DNA of 64,000 bases from an uncultured delta proteobacterium (GTDB lineage Bacteria; Desulfobacterota; RBG-13-43-22). The stretch covers positions 42,299-106,298 of the forward strand of contig CAWJJC010000025.1 of assembly GCA_963843145.1 (NCBI GenBank). Direction: 5' to 3'. Each line of letters starts with the position of its first letter. Position 1 is the first letter of the stretch. The position numbers were made by a program, and so were the translations under genes. Below are positions 48,051 to 59,630 of this stretch, piece by piece. The notes under the pieces were generated by a model. That model was not told the origin of the DNA. It did not search any database and saw only the letters and a list, made by a program, of their open reading frames with translations.

Positions 48051-49202
48051 ATGACTAAAACGCAAAAAAAAGTCATCGGTATTGCCTGGGTCGCCCTGAT
48101 GATCTGGGGCCTTTTCGGCGTGATGCAACGGCTGGTATATGGTCATCTGCTCGCCGATTACGGCAGCTACGTCCCCTGGGGACTTTGGGTGGCCGCAAAA
48201 ATCTATTTTATCGGCCTGGCGGAGGGGGTTTCCTTTTTTGCCTGGGTTTGTTATGCCTTTCAAATTGAGCGATTCCGTGGCCTGGTACGTCCCGCCCTCT
48301 GGCTGTCCCTGGTCAACCTGGTGGTTGGGCTTACGATCATCTCCTTCGACTTGGGGCATATGTGGCGACTGCAAGAGGTCTTTCTTCGGCCCAACTTTTC
48401 CTCTCTGTTGACCATCTCCAGTTGGCTTTCGATGGGCTACCTGGCCTATATCGCCGTGATCCTGGCCATGGAGGTAAAACCCTATCCCTTAGCAACCAAG
48501 ACCTACCGTCTCCTTGGCTGGATCGGTATGGCCATAGCCATCATTTTCTCCGGCGGCAACGGCGCTGAATTCGCCACCCTGATATCCAGTCCCTATTGGC
48601 ACACCGCCCTGGGCCCGATCCTCTCCATCGGCTATGCTTTGTCTTCCGGCCTCGCCTTGATCTTAGCGGTCACCGCCTTTTTCTACTTCACGGATTCTTC
48701 CGAAGAGCGGGAGACCCTGGCCCTCTTGAGTCGGACGGTCGTAGGCCTGCTCTTCCTGGTAATCATCCTGGAATGGTCAGAATTTTCGGTAACCATGTGG
48801 TATGGAAAGGATAGAACCTATACCGTGCTCTGGTCCATCCTCTTCGGTCACTATTGGTACGTCTTTTGGATCGTACACCTTCTGGCCGGAATCATTATCC
48901 CCTTAGTGATGCTGATACGGAAACCAGCGAACCGTCTGAATGCCGGATGGGCTGGCCTGCTGATTGCCGTGGCCCACTTCGCGGTTCGCCTGAACCACGT
49001 GATCCCGGGCCAGGTAACCCCGGCCATGAAGGGACTGCAGGCGGCCTATACGGATAACCGGCTCAAGTTCGAGTACTTCCCGTCAATCAACGAATGGTCG
49101 GTCTTTGCCTTTTCCGTGGCCCTGTTTATAGCCCTCTTTTATCTGGGCATCCGGTATCTGCCAATCCTTTCAACGAAATCGGTCAATGAGGGAGGGAATT
49201 AA
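48051..49202 (+). CDS. NrfD/PsrC family membrane anchor (TtrC/SrdC-like)
   Basis: VPWGLWV, DLGH..R, PNFSS, about 10 TM segments. Confidence 0.9.
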   Translation: MTKTQKKVIGIAWVALMIWGLFGVMQRLVYGHLLADYGSYVPWGLWVAAKIYFIGLAEGVSFFAWVCYAFQIERFRGLVRPALWLSLVNLVVGLTIISFDLGHMWRLQEVFLRPNFSSLLTISSWLSMGYLAYIAVILAMEVKPYPLATKTYRLLGWIGMAIAIIFSGGNGAEFATLISSPYWHTALGPILSIGYALSSGLALILAVTAFFYFTDSSEERETLALLSRTVVGLLFLVIILEWSEFSVTMWYGKDRTYTVLWSILFGHYWYVFWIVHLLAGIIIPLVMLIRKPANRLNAGWAGLLIAVAHFAVRLNHVIPGQVTPAMKGLQAAYTDNRLKFEYFPSINEWSVFAFSVALFIALFYLGIRYLPILSTKSVNEGGN

Positions 49203-49205
49203 CCC

Positions 49206-52200
49206 ATGCACGTCAAACAGGACCAGCGATCTATAGAAAAGAAGGCGACCGGGCGCAAAGGAATTACTCGTCGCCAACTGATCAAGTCAACAGCCTTTGC
49301 GGGGGATGTGCCATCCTGGCCGCTCAGGCAAACAAAATTTTTGGAGTACTGACCGAGACTAATGTGGCAGACAGCCAAGGCCCATACGTGCTGGCTCAGC
49401 CTCACAACCAGATTTATACCACCTGCCTCCAATGCCATGTATCCTGCCAGATCAAGGCAAAAATCTGGGACGGGACCCTGGCCAAGTTGACGGGCAGTCC
49501 TTACAGCCCTCAAACTTTTCTCCCCCATATCCCTTATAAGACCCGTCCCGAAGATACGGCGACGATAGACGGGAAACTGTGCGCCAAGGGACAGGCCGGC
49601 ATTCAAACCTATTACGATCCCTACCGGATTCGTAAGGTACTTAAAAGGGCCGGCGAACGGGGGTCCAATAAATGGCGGACCATCCCTTTTAACCAATTTA
49701 TCGAAGAAGTCGTCCGCGGGGGCAAGCTGTTTGCCGAGGCAGGAGACAGCCGCCCCTACCCGGGATTTGACGAGGTAGTTGCCCTGAGGGATGCCGAGGT
49801 AGCTAAAAAAATGGCCGAAGACGCCCAGAAGTGCGGCAAAGGGGAAATGAATGTCGCCGAATTTAAGAAAAAGTATCGGGACCACCTGGATAAGCTTATT
49901 GACCCTGAACATCCGGATCTCGGACCGAAAAATAACGGCTTTGTCTTCCTGGCTGGCCGCATTCAACCCGGCCGCGGCCCAATTAATGAAATGGTTTACT
50001 GAACTATCCCTTGGATCGAAGAATCATTATGAACATACCACTATTTGTGAGCAGTCCCACCACATCGCCTATGACCTGATGACCGGACATAAAACGAACC
50101 ACATGAAACCGCGACCTGGCCAATGCCGAGTTTGTTATCTTCTGGGGAACCGGGGCTTTTACGGCCAACTTCAGCCTGGTGACCATGGCTGAGAAGGTCA
50201 CCACCGGAAAACTTAACCGGGGCCTGAAGACCGCGGTGGTGGATGCTCGGCTCTCCAACGATGCCGGTAAGGCCGACTGGTGGCTGCCGGTCCAACCCAA
50301 TGGCCACGGGGCCTTGGCCATGGCCATGATTCGATGGATACTGGAAAATAACCGCTACGACCAACGGTACCTGGAAAACGCCAACAAGGCGGCTGCCAAG
50401 GCCGACGATGAACCGACCTGGACCAACGCCAGCCACTTGGTAAAAATCGTAGAAGGACACCCTATGGCCTTGTTGAAGGCCGATGAAGCGGGCATCGGCA
50501 CAGCGGAACAGAGGGTGGTCTCCCGCGCAGGCCGGCTGATTGCCGTAGATCCGGAAGATGAAAATAAACCGATAGAAGGAGATCTCCTGGTCAAGACCCA
50601 GGTGAAAGGCCTATCCGTAAAGAGCGCCTTTCAACTCCTGACCGAACAGGCCATGGCCCGCACTTTAAAGGAGTATGCCGAAGAAAGCGGGGTGGATACC
50701 ATGACCATCATCGAGGTGGCCAGGGAGTTCACCTCTCACGGAAAAAGGTCTGTGGTGGAGATGTACCGGGGACCGGTGCAGCAGACCGACGGATATTATA
50801 ACGGTAGTCTGATTATTACTCTCAATGTCCTCATCGGCAACGCCGATTATAAGGGAGGCCTCAGTAAGGGGGGTGGCTCTTGGCATGAAGTAGGAGATAA
50901 ACCGGACAGTATCTATCCATTGGAGAAGATGCATCCCGAACCTCTTAAAGCCTTTGGGCCCAGGATTACCCGTGAGAAGAGCCGGTATGAAGATTTCACC
51001 CTTTTCAGAGAACATGGCTACCCGGCCAAGAGGCCCTGGTATCCCTTTACCGGCAATATTTACCAGGAGGTCATCCCCTCTTTCACGGGTGGATATCCCT
51101 ATGCCGGGAAAATCCTTTTTCTCCACATGGGCACCCCGGCCCTTTCTACCCCCGGCGGGACCCAGCATGTCATTGACATGCTCAAGGATCCGGCCCGGGT
51201 ACCGCTCTTCATTGCCAGTGATATTATCATCGGCGAGACCTCCATGTACGCGGACTACATTGTCCCGGATTTGACCTATCTGGAACGGTGGGGATTTCCT
51301 CACGACACTCCGGATGTGCCCACCAAAGTGGGCAAGGTTCGACAGCCAGTGGCCATACCTTTCACCGAAGAAGTAGAAGTGAACAGTGAACGGATGCCTA
51401 TCTGCATGGAAACATTTTTAATTGCCGTGGGGACCCGGATGAAGCTTTCAGGATTCGGACAGGACGCCTTTGGTAAGGGGTTACCATTTACCCGGCAGGA
51501 GGACTGGTACCTGAAAGAAGTGGCCAACATCGCCTTTGGAGATAAGGCCGGTGAAGATGTCCCGGAAGCCGATGCCGCCGAAATGGCCCTCTTTCAAAAG
51601 GCCAGACGGCATCTGCCACTTTCTGTTTTCAACGAAAAGCGTTGGAAGCAAGCCTTGCGGTCAGAGAATGAATGGCGGAAAGTCGTCTATGTACTCAACC
51701 GCGGGGGTCGGTTTGCAGATTTCAGCCAGGCTTATGAGGGCGATAAAATGAAAAGTGCCCTGAATAGCATGTTTCACCTCTTCGTGGAGGAAGTGGCTTC
51801 CCAAAGAAACAGCCTCAGCGGGGCCTATTTCAGCGGCGTTCCGATTATCGGCGGAGAATATGATGCCGCCGGTAAACCCCTAAGGCGGAGTCAAGAATAT
51901 CCGTTTAAGATCATCACTTATAAAGAGGCCTTCGGCGGTCATTCCCGGACCATCTCCAACTACTGGAGCAACATCGCCTTGAGGCCGGAGAACAAGGTCC
52001 TGATCCATCGGCAAGACGCCTTAAGGATCGGCCTGAAACAGGACCAACGGGTACGGTTGGTATCGGCGGATAATCCCGGTGGGAAGTTAGAGTTGAAAGA
52101 CGGAGAAAACCGGGTGGTGCCCATGATCGCTCGAGTGGAAATCATAGAGGGGATCCGTCCGGGTACCCTGGCCGTGTCCTGGCACTACGGCCACTGGGCT

Positions 52201-52383
52201 TATGGATCCAATGACGTGGTGGTGGATGGCCATAAAATTTATGGAGACCGCCGTCGGGCGACGGGGATCTGTACCAATCATATCCTGGCCGTGGACCCAG
52301 TGCTGAAGGATGTTTGCCTGACCGACCCGATCGGCGGCAGCGCCTCTTTTTCCAATAGCCGGGTGAACGTGGTTCCTGTTTAA
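49206..52383 (+). CDS. Mo/W-bisPGD oxidoreductase catalytic subunit, TtrA/SrdA-like (3 frameshifts)
   Basis: ITRRQLIK Tat motif; CLQCHVSC...CAKG; HTTICEQS; frame changes near 49303, 49975 and 50112. Confidence 0.85.
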
Positions 52384-52387
52384 CCGG

Positions 52388-52629
52388 GTTGTAGAAGGTC
52401 TCCGCCCAAACGTGATCGCTTTTTCTCAGGGCCACGGGCATGGGCCTACGGGGCTCAAACCCTACAAATTGACGGCGTGACTATCCCGGGGGATGTCCGG
52501 CGGGCCACGGGTATTCACGCCAACGCCGCCATGCGCGTCAATCCCTACCTGAAAAATACCGGTCTGGTGGATACGGTCGGTGGGAGCGCGGTTTTTTACC
52601 AGAGCCAGGCCAAGCTGGTCAAGGCCTAA
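52388..52629 (+). pseudogene. C-terminal remnant of a second TtrA-like paralog
   Basis: [24 protein letters not shown]...[12 protein letters not shown]...[19 protein letters not shown]. Confidence 0.85.
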
Positions 52630-52660
52630 ACCCTTACAGCGGGCGAAGGAGATGCCTATA

Positions 52661-53278
52661 ATGAAAAAGATAATGATTTCGGGAAAACCCGTCGAGTCCT
52701 TCATGGAGGAAATCCGGAAATTTCACGGGTGGGTGGCCCCCGGGGTCCTACTTGGAGGATTCATGGTGGATTATGCCCAGGAACTGGTCGGGAGGGAGGT
52801 GGAGGCCGATGCCATCGTGGAAACCCGCTTCTGCCTGCCCGACGCTGTCCAGCTTTTGACCCCCTGCACCTGTGGCAACGGCTGGATGAAAATCGTGGAC
52901 TGGGATAAGTTCGCCCTGAGCCTTTACGACAAAAAAACGCGGGAGGGCATTCGGGTCCGACTGGATGTGGACAAGACCGCGGCCTTCCCTAATCTCTTCA
53001 ACTGGTTCATGAAGCTGGTGGAGAAGAAGGACCTGCCGCTGGAAGTCCTTAACCAAACCATCTTGGAGGCCGGCCGAGGGGCGCTGTCGGCCGCCCCGGT
53101 TTACATAACCAACTACTATGCCAAGATAAAGAAAGGAAAAACCGGAATCTGCCCCTCCTGCGGGGAGGCCTACACCCTCCGCCAGGGAGCAATCTGTTGC
53201 TCCTGCCAGGGGGAAGGATATTACCAACCGATCGAGAATCCCGCTGAATCCTTTTTGAAGCGGGCCGTCAGCTATTAA
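52661..53278 (+). CDS. FmdE family protein
   Basis: FHGWVAPG, CLPDAVQLLTPCT.GN, CPSCGE..C.SC; AAGGAG RBS. Confidence 0.88.
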   Translation: MKKIMISGKPVESFMEEIRKFHGWVAPGVLLGGFMVDYAQELVGREVEADAIVETRFCLPDAVQLLTPCTCGNGWMKIVDWDKFALSLYDKKTREGIRVRLDVDKTAAFPNLFNWFMKLVEKKDLPLEVLNQTILEAGRGALSAAPVYITNYYAKIKKGKTGICPSCGEAYTLRQGAICCSCQGEGYYQPIENPAESFLKRAVSY

Positions 53279-53325
53279 AAAGGGGAAAAGAGAAGCGTCC
53301 ATTGAAAAGAAAAGGAGAAAGGGAG

Positions 53326-54593
53326 ATGAAAAAAAATGGGTGGCTGAGTTTGGTCCTGGTTTTATTTTTTCTGGCGGCCTGGGGAGGCCCGGGCCAGGTC
53401 CAGGCGGGTGAGCGGGATACGCTGTTGCTGCTCAACCTGCTGAAGAAAAAGGGGGTCATCACCGAAGAGGAGTCTCAGGAACTGATGAAAGAGGTGCAGA
53501 CCCAGGCCAAGCAGGAAAAGGAGGAACGAAAGCAGGAAATCAAAGAAGTGGCCCAGAAGGGCGATTTTCTGCCGGGATACCTGAAGGGGGTCAAGTTCGG
53601 GACCACGATCTTCGGCGAGTGGCGGATGAGGAGCGAAGATAAGGGTGGGACCACGACCAACGAGTTCCTGCTGAACCGGGGCTACCTGACCCTGTCGGGC
53701 AAGTTGAACTCCTGGCTGGGCTTCAACCTGACCTCGGACATCTTCACTTCCCGCGATGCCGACGACAAGGGCAACGGCCTGGAAATCAGGATGAAATACG
53801 CCTATGCCGATCTGCATTTCTGGGATACCGTCACCGAACTCGGCATGGCTCACACGCCCTCGGACATGTACGACTCCTCTGTCTGGCCCTACCGGGTCCA
53901 GGGCAAACACTTCCTGGATGACAACAGCATCCAGGCCTCTTCGGATTTCGGGGTCAACATCCGCGGGACCTTCGGCGGAACGATGGACGAGAGTTCCGGA
54001 GTTATGCCGGTAGCACCTTTGCGGGAAAATGGGGCGGCTACCAAGTCGGGATTTACAACGGGGGCGGCTATACCAATACCGAGGCCAACACCGATAAACC
54101 GGTAGGCGGCCTGGTTTATTTCCGGCCCGCACCGGGCGTGGAAATGCTTAAGGGGTTGGCACTGTCTTATTTCGGGATGTTCGGGAAGTCCAACAACACC
54201 TTCACCGCCGCCGGCAAAACGAACGATTATCCCAACGTGCAGGTCAACCTGGCCCAACTGGCCTGGCAGCACAAATGGTTCACCCTGTTCGGCCAGTACT
54301 ACTGGGGCAAAGGGACCTTTACCTCCACCGAGGAGAACAGCCGCAGCGGCTGGTTGGCCGAGGGATTCGTCCGCATCCCCAAGGTGGAGGAATTGAGGCT
54401 CTTCGGAAGATACTACAATTACGATCCCAATACCGACCTATCCAATAACGCCCAGAACACGTACGCCCTGGGTGTTTCCTATGACTGGTCCAAAGAGTTC
54501 ATGCCTTTCCTGGCCTATGAGCATCGCGATTTTGAAAACCCAAATTCGAAGGATTACGACCAATTCCAACTGGGGTTCCAGTTGAAATTTTAA
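53326..54593 (+). CDS. Outer-membrane porin (one frameshift near 53992)
   Basis: Signal peptide, LL.KKGVITEEE coiled coil, RMKYAY, terminal FQLKF. Confidence 0.8.
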
Positions 54594-54720
54594 CCAGTTT
54601 TCCTGCCGTTTCGGGTCCCCTCGATCCGAAACAAAAAAATCTCCTCCCCTCTCCTCCAGGGGCCGCCTCTCATCCCGGAGCATCCGGGGTTGGAGGCGGC
54701 CCCTCCTTCCCGCCTTTTGT

Positions 54721-55593
54721 TTAACGGAACCCGGTTGGCCGAGACAAAGAAGATACCTTTTCTTCCTTTGGTCCAAAAGTGAATTGATACCCGAGGTAGG
54801 CGGTGAAAAGATTGGGTCCGTCAAAATCCCGGCCGGCGGAAACCAGGATATGATGATGTTCCGTTAGATTAAAAATCGCCCCCACATTGAATCCGGTGCT
54901 GCTATCCCCTCCATCCTGGCTCGGGGTTCGATGGAAAATCTCAGCCCCCAGAGTAAACTGCTTGGTAATTTCCCGTTGCAGCAGCCAACCGAAAAACCAC
55001 CAATTTTTATTGCCCTCTCCGGGATTGATCCAATACCCGCCACCGCCGTAACTGGTCCACGGGCCCCAGCTTTTTTGGAGCCAGAGAGGAAGAAAAACCT
55101 GGGTCTCCCCACTCCCCAAGCCTTTATCCTTATCGCCTGTGGGGAAGAGTATTATCGGAAAGGTCCCCACCATGGGAATTGAATCGGTTTCCTGGATAAA
55201 CCGGTATTTAATGCCGAATTCGAGGTCCCCAAAACCATACTGGGCGGACGCCCCTTCCGGTTTATCATATTGCAGCGGAGCAATCAAATGGACATGCACA
55301 TTGGGGAGCAGGCCATAATTCAGCTCAAGGAGGGGTAAGGCCCCGGAGTTTCCATCGCGGCTGTGTTGGAATTGGGAGGACAGATAGACCTCCCCATGCT
55401 TATAGTCCGCGGGTTCAGGGTCATCGGTAAAGAAAGGAGGACCTGCCCAGGCAGCGGTCAGCCCCAACATCAATTGAAATAACACCAGCATGAGGCCAGC
55501 CGACAGGAAAGTTTCGAATCGAAAGCTACCCGCTGCTGGGAATGAAAAAAATCGGTGTTTTATCGTGAGGGGAGTTCGATTTTTCCGTCTCAT
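54721..55593 (-). CDS. Putative beta-barrel transporter (GPPF.TDDP family)
   Basis: Signal-like segment, AGPPFFTDDPE, GFGDLEFGIKYRF, YQFTF. Confidence 0.75.
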   Translation of the reverse strand: MRRKNRTPLTIKHRFFSFPAAGSFRFETFLSAGLMLVLFQLMLGLTAAWAGPPFFTDDPEPADYKHGEVYLSSQFQHSRDGNSGALPLLELNYGLLPNVHVHLIAPLQYDKPEGASAQYGFGDLEFGIKYRFIQETDSIPMVGTFPIILFPTGDKDKGLGSGETQVFLPLWLQKSWGPWTSYGGGGYWINPGEGNKNWWFFGWLLQREITKQFTLGAEIFHRTPSQDGGDSSTGFNVGAIFNLTEHHHILVSAGRDFDGPNLFTAYLGYQFTFGPKEEKVSSLSRPTGFR

Positions 55594-55726
55594 TAATAAT
55601 CCTCCTTACCAGGAATTTGATTGTACCGGACAGGACCATGATCAAAGTATGGAGGACTAAACGCTAAAGAAAATTCATCTTCCGGCAAAAACCACGCCCA
55701 GCCGGGCTAATGGGTCTTGAGACTGT

Positions 55727-56113
55727 TCACCCCTTCGGTTTGCACTTCAGCAGGGCCAAACCCTGCTCTATCGCTTGAATAATCCGCTCCCGGCGAAACG
55801 GTTTGGGGATATAATCAAAGGCCCCCTTCCGCAGGGCCTCCTCGGCGGTCTCCTGACTATCGTAGGCCGTGATGATGATGACCGGGATCAGAGGGTACCT
55901 GGCCCGAATCAGCTCCAGCAACTGAAAGCCGTCCAGCCCCGGCATACGCAGATCGGCAATCACCAGGGCGATTTCTTTTTCAGCCAGAATTCGTTCCACC
56001 TCCCAGGGGTTGGGGGTGGTGAGCGGCTCGTAGGGGGTCTGCTCCTGAATGATCATCCGGAGCAGAACCAGCATATCGGTTTCGTCGTCGACGATTAATA
56101 TTCTTTCAGCCAT
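55727..56113 (-). CDS. Single-domain response regulator
   Basis: ILIVDDE, DLRMPGLDG, ITAY, KPF. Confidence 0.9.
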   Translation of the reverse strand: MAERILIVDDETDMLVLLRMIIQEQTPYEPLTTPNPWEVERILAEKEIALVIADLRMPGLDGFQLLELIRARYPLIPVIIITAYDSQETAEEALRKGAFDYIPKPFRRERIIQAIEQGLALLKCKPKG

Positions 56114-56117
56114 CGGG

Positions 56118-56537
56118 TTAGGCTTCCGATTTTTTCTGCTCATGAAGCGCGGCCAGTTCCTTCTTCATGGCGCCCCATTCCAGGGCCCGGTTGATAGTAA
56201 TCAGGATCTGCTCTTTCCGAAAAGGCTTGCTGATATAATCATAGGCCCCGGCGGCAATGGACTCCTCCGCCGATTGCGAGGATCCGTAGGCGGTGATCAC
56301 GATGATCGGCAGATTCGGGTAGGTTTCTTTAATTTTTTTAATTAGTTCAATCCCGCCCATGGCCGGCATGCGAAGATCGGTGACTAAGAGATCGGCCTCC
56401 TGCTGTCGCATCAAGTGGGGCACTTCCAGGGGATTATTCGTGGTCACCACCTGGTGAGAAGTCCTCTCCGTGATAATCATCTCCAGCAGTTCCAGCATAT
56501 CCAGTTCATCATCGACAATAATTATCTTTGCGCTCAT
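56118..56537 (-). CDS. Single-domain response regulator
   Basis: IIIVDDE, DLRMP, ITAYG, KPF. Confidence 0.9.
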   Translation of the reverse strand: MSAKIIIVDDELDMLELLEMIITERTSHQVVTTNNPLEVPHLMRQQEADLLVTDLRMPAMGGIELIKKIKETYPNLPIIVITAYGSSQSAEESIAAGAYDYISKPFRKEQILITINRALEWGAMKKELAALHEQKKSEA

Positions 56538-56629
56538 CAACTTTTCTCCGCATCCTTTTTTGAATTTCTAAGATTCAACCAAAAATTTAGTTATTTTTGG
56601 TTGAATCTTAGGACGATTACCGCCCTTTG

Positions 56630-59215
56630 TCAATAATCGGAAGATCCGGTCAATTCTTCCATCAGTTCCCGGCCGATATGTTCCTTGAAAAATTCCTCCG
56701 TAGACCATTCCACTATGGCGTCATTAAACATGACCATGTCCAGTTGTTTGGTGTAGAGGGTCAGCTTGCCCATGACGAACAGGATTTTTTCCATCATTTC
56801 CCGGGGGTAGCCGTGGAGGAGGGCATCCAGGAAATCCAGTTTCCGGGTGACTTGGAAGCCCAATTTATCGAGGACCTTAGTGATCACCCGTGACCTTCGG
56901 TCCCGTCGTTCAACAGTGGCTCCCCCCCCCTTGAAAATAAATTTGATGAAATTTTCATTTTCGTTGCACCCCCCGAACACTTCAATCGTGGAAAGATGAT
57001 AGCCCAGGCGAATATTGAAATTCATGTAATCTTCGGACAGCAGGGCGAAGCTCTTATCCGAATAGATCACTTCCGAGCCGTCGGTGGCGGTCTGAGCGAT
57101 CACGGACGCAAACCCCTTGAAGTCCACGGGCTTGGGAGTGGGCCATTTCATGGACTCGATCCCTTTCCAGAGGGCCTGCAATGGCCAGGAATGGATATGC
57201 TCTATTTTTACCTTTCCTTTCCGGTATTCCGGTGGAATCGCCTCTCCCAGATCGACCAAGAAAATTTCAATCGGAATTTTGGTATCCAATTTAATCGCTT
57301 TGGCCTCGGAAACCCTGGACTTGGAGCTCAGGTTAAACATTTCCTGGGTGGCGGTCTGATGGACAAAACGGGTCAGATCGTGATAGGTTTGACAATTTTT
57401 TGGAATGAATCCCGGATCGAGGGGATCAACCAAGTTTAGGGGAACGATCTTGTCTAATATCTTCTCAAACAACAGGAACAGAGAGGTTTCCTCGAAGAGA
57501 TTACGCCTTTCCCCTGGGTCCTCCAGCAGATTTTCGACGGTTCCCTGGTAAACAATCCGGTTGCCCGCATCCACCGTCACCTCCAGACCGGGAGTCAGCA
57601 CTTGGGTGGCCCTTTGGGTGTTCAGGATGGTCGGAACACGAAAGTCTCTGGCCAGGGCCGCCATATGGCTGGCGGCGCCGCCCAGGTCGGTAATGATCCC
57701 CCGGGCACGGTTCATAACCGTCACGTACTTGGGGGAAGGCACCCGCGCGACCAGGATGGCCCCGTCGGGAAACCCGACCAGATCCTCATCCCGCTGGACC
57801 ACATACACCGGACCGGTCCCCACCCCCGGGGCCCCCAGGGCCCCGGTGTCCAATAAAATGGGATGCCGGACCGGATCTATCTTTTCCCGTTCCTTTTCCC
57901 GGACCGGTTTGGTCTCAAATACCTTAAGCGGCCGGGTCTGGAGGATATATAGTTTTCCCTGACCGTCCACCGCCCATTCGATATCCTGGGGCTGTTTATA
58001 ATGTTCCTCAATCCGTTTGGCCGTCTCGGCCAGTTCCCGGATCAAGGCCTCCGATAAAGAGGGACTGTCCTGTTCTTCCAAGGGCACGGAGACCTCCTCC
58101 AATTCACCTCGAGGGGTGCAGGCCAGCAGTTTTTCCTTGTGGGCAATAGCGGCCCCCATGATCTGGAAAGGTTCTTTCTTGGAAACCCTGAACACATCCG
58201 GCGTTACCGTTCCCTCTACCACGGCTTGACCCAGGCCCCAGTGGGCATGGATGACCAGTTCGTTCCCAGCCGGATCCAGGGGATCCACGGTATACAGCAC
58301 GCCCGCGGCCCGGGCGCAAACCATGGTGATACACCCCGTGCCCATGGCCAGGTCCTCTTCCCGAAAGCCTTTACCCAGGAAGTAAAAAATCGCCCGGGGC
58401 GTAAATTTGCTGGCCAAGATCTCCCGGTAGCGCCGCCCCACTTGGTCCGGCGGCACATTCAGCACCGTCCCATACTGCCCGGCAAAGGATATCTTGCTGT
58501 CCTCTCCCAAGGCACTGCTGCGCACAGCCAAAGAAATATCCGGGCCCTGGCGGGCAACCAGGGACTGGATTTCCCGATCGATGGCCTCCGTCAAGGCTGG
58601 AGGAAGTTCCTTCTCCAAGACCATCTGCTGGATCTCCCGGCTGACTACGATCAAGTCCTCCAAATTGTCGATATCCAAACGGCCCAACCGCCGGGAAATA
58701 GCCTCTTGAAGCCGATGGGCGTCAATGAAATCCTTATAGGCGTAGGCGGTGATGGCAAACCCATCCGGCACGGTGACCCTGACCCGGTTACGCAATTCCC
58801 CCAGGTTGGCCATCTTGCCGCCCACGCTGTCTTCCTGTTCCCGGGTGATTTCCGCCAGCGGCAGGACCGGGGAATCCGGAGGAATTTTCTTTCTGCGGGA
58901 TAGAAACTCCTGGAGTTCCTGTTGAATCCGGCTGTACACCGGGAAGAGTGGTTTATATCCTCCTCCGGAGATTTCATTTAAATTCTGGATCAGGCTATAG
59001 ACTTTTTCGGAGAGCCGCCGCACATTGGAGCGCAGGTACTGCATGTCGAAGAGGTACTCGCCGTTGCGTTTCTCCTCCAGATCGGTGATGATCTCCAAAA
59101 TCTCCCGGTTTTCCTCCAACAAAGATCGAAAGGCCCCATAGCGTTGACGAAGCGCTTCCACATCCTCCGGCCGGCAGATGTCTTTTTTCTTAAAAAAATC
59201 GGTCAGTTTGACCAT
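56630..59215 (-). CDS. PEP synthase/PPDK-like protein (ATP-grasp + phospho-His domain, no PEP-binding barrel)
   Basis: VGGKMANLGE, AVRSSA.GED..SFAGQY, QDIEWA, LQTRP, ASHMAALARDF. Confidence 0.88.
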   Translation of the reverse strand: MVKLTDFFKKKDICRPEDVEALRQRYGAFRSLLEENREILEIITDLEEKRNGEYLFDMQYLRSNVRRLSEKVYSLIQNLNEISGGGYKPLFPVYSRIQQELQEFLSRRKKIPPDSPVLPLAEITREQEDSVGGKMANLGELRNRVRVTVPDGFAITAYAYKDFIDAHRLQEAISRRLGRLDIDNLEDLIVVSREIQQMVLEKELPPALTEAIDREIQSLVARQGPDISLAVRSSALGEDSKISFAGQYGTVLNVPPDQVGRRYREILASKFTPRAIFYFLGKGFREEDLAMGTGCITMVCARAAGVLYTVDPLDPAGNELVIHAHWGLGQAVVEGTVTPDVFRVSKKEPFQIMGAAIAHKEKLLACTPRGELEEVSVPLEEQDSPSLSEALIRELAETAKRIEEHYKQPQDIEWAVDGQGKLYILQTRPLKVFETKPVREKEREKIDPVRHPILLDTGALGAPGVGTGPVYVVQRDEDLVGFPDGAILVARVPSPKYVTVMNRARGIITDLGGAASHMAALARDFRVPTILNTQRATQVLTPGLEVTVDAGNRIVYQGTVENLLEDPGERRNLFEETSLFLLFEKILDKIVPLNLVDPLDPGFIPKNCQTYHDLTRFVHQTATQEMFNLSSKSRVSEAKAIKLDTKIPIEIFLVDLGEAIPPEYRKGKVKIEHIHSWPLQALWKGIESMKWPTPKPVDFKGFASVIAQTATDGSEVIYSDKSFALLSEDYMNFNIRLGYHLSTIEVFGGCNENENFIKFIFKGGGATVERRDRRSRVITKVLDKLGFQVTRKLDFLDALLHGYPREMMEKILFVMGKLTLYTKQLDMVMFNDAIVEWSTEEFFKEHIGRELMEELTGSSDY

Positions 59216-59364
59216 GAGACCCTCGCAAAAAGTCTTAAAACGACTTTTTGCCGGGCGGGAAATGGCGTCGATTTTCCCGCCGTTTGAGATAAATTGCTAA
59301 AGTACTCCCCCATGCCCGGGACGGGCACCCCGAGCGATGATAATATTCCAAGTTTTCGTTTTTC

Positions 59365-59388
59365 GTAGGGCCGGCGACCCCGCCGGCC
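59365..59388 (+). repeat. GTAG-type REP hairpin
   Basis: GTAG-GGCCGGCG-ACCC-CGCCGGCC. Confidence 0.5.
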
Positions 59389-59630
59389 GCGGGGGTGAGG
59401 GATAAGGTTCCCTGCACATTCAAGGTCAGGCTACGACGACAGTGGCCAAATCCGGCCCCGGTTTGGGCGGCGGGGTCAGAAGCCCATAGGAAAACTTTAT
59501 AAAGACGAATTGTAAATAATCAATGGTCAATTATTACTTAAGAATTAAGAGTTGATTATTGACTATTGGCCAAAAGGTGTCCTCGATTTTATCTTCGTAT
59601 TAATATCCAAACAACTAAGGGTTCCCCCCT

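Noticed and set aside
47253-48374. 373-aa antisense ORF and similar long shadow ORFs across the window
   Set aside because: They overlap well-supported genes on the opposite strand; expected in GC-rich coding DNA.
52420-52660. Possible Moco/Wco riboswitch before fmdE
   Set aside because: The sequence translates as a molybdoenzyme C-terminal remnant; no convincing riboswitch architecture.
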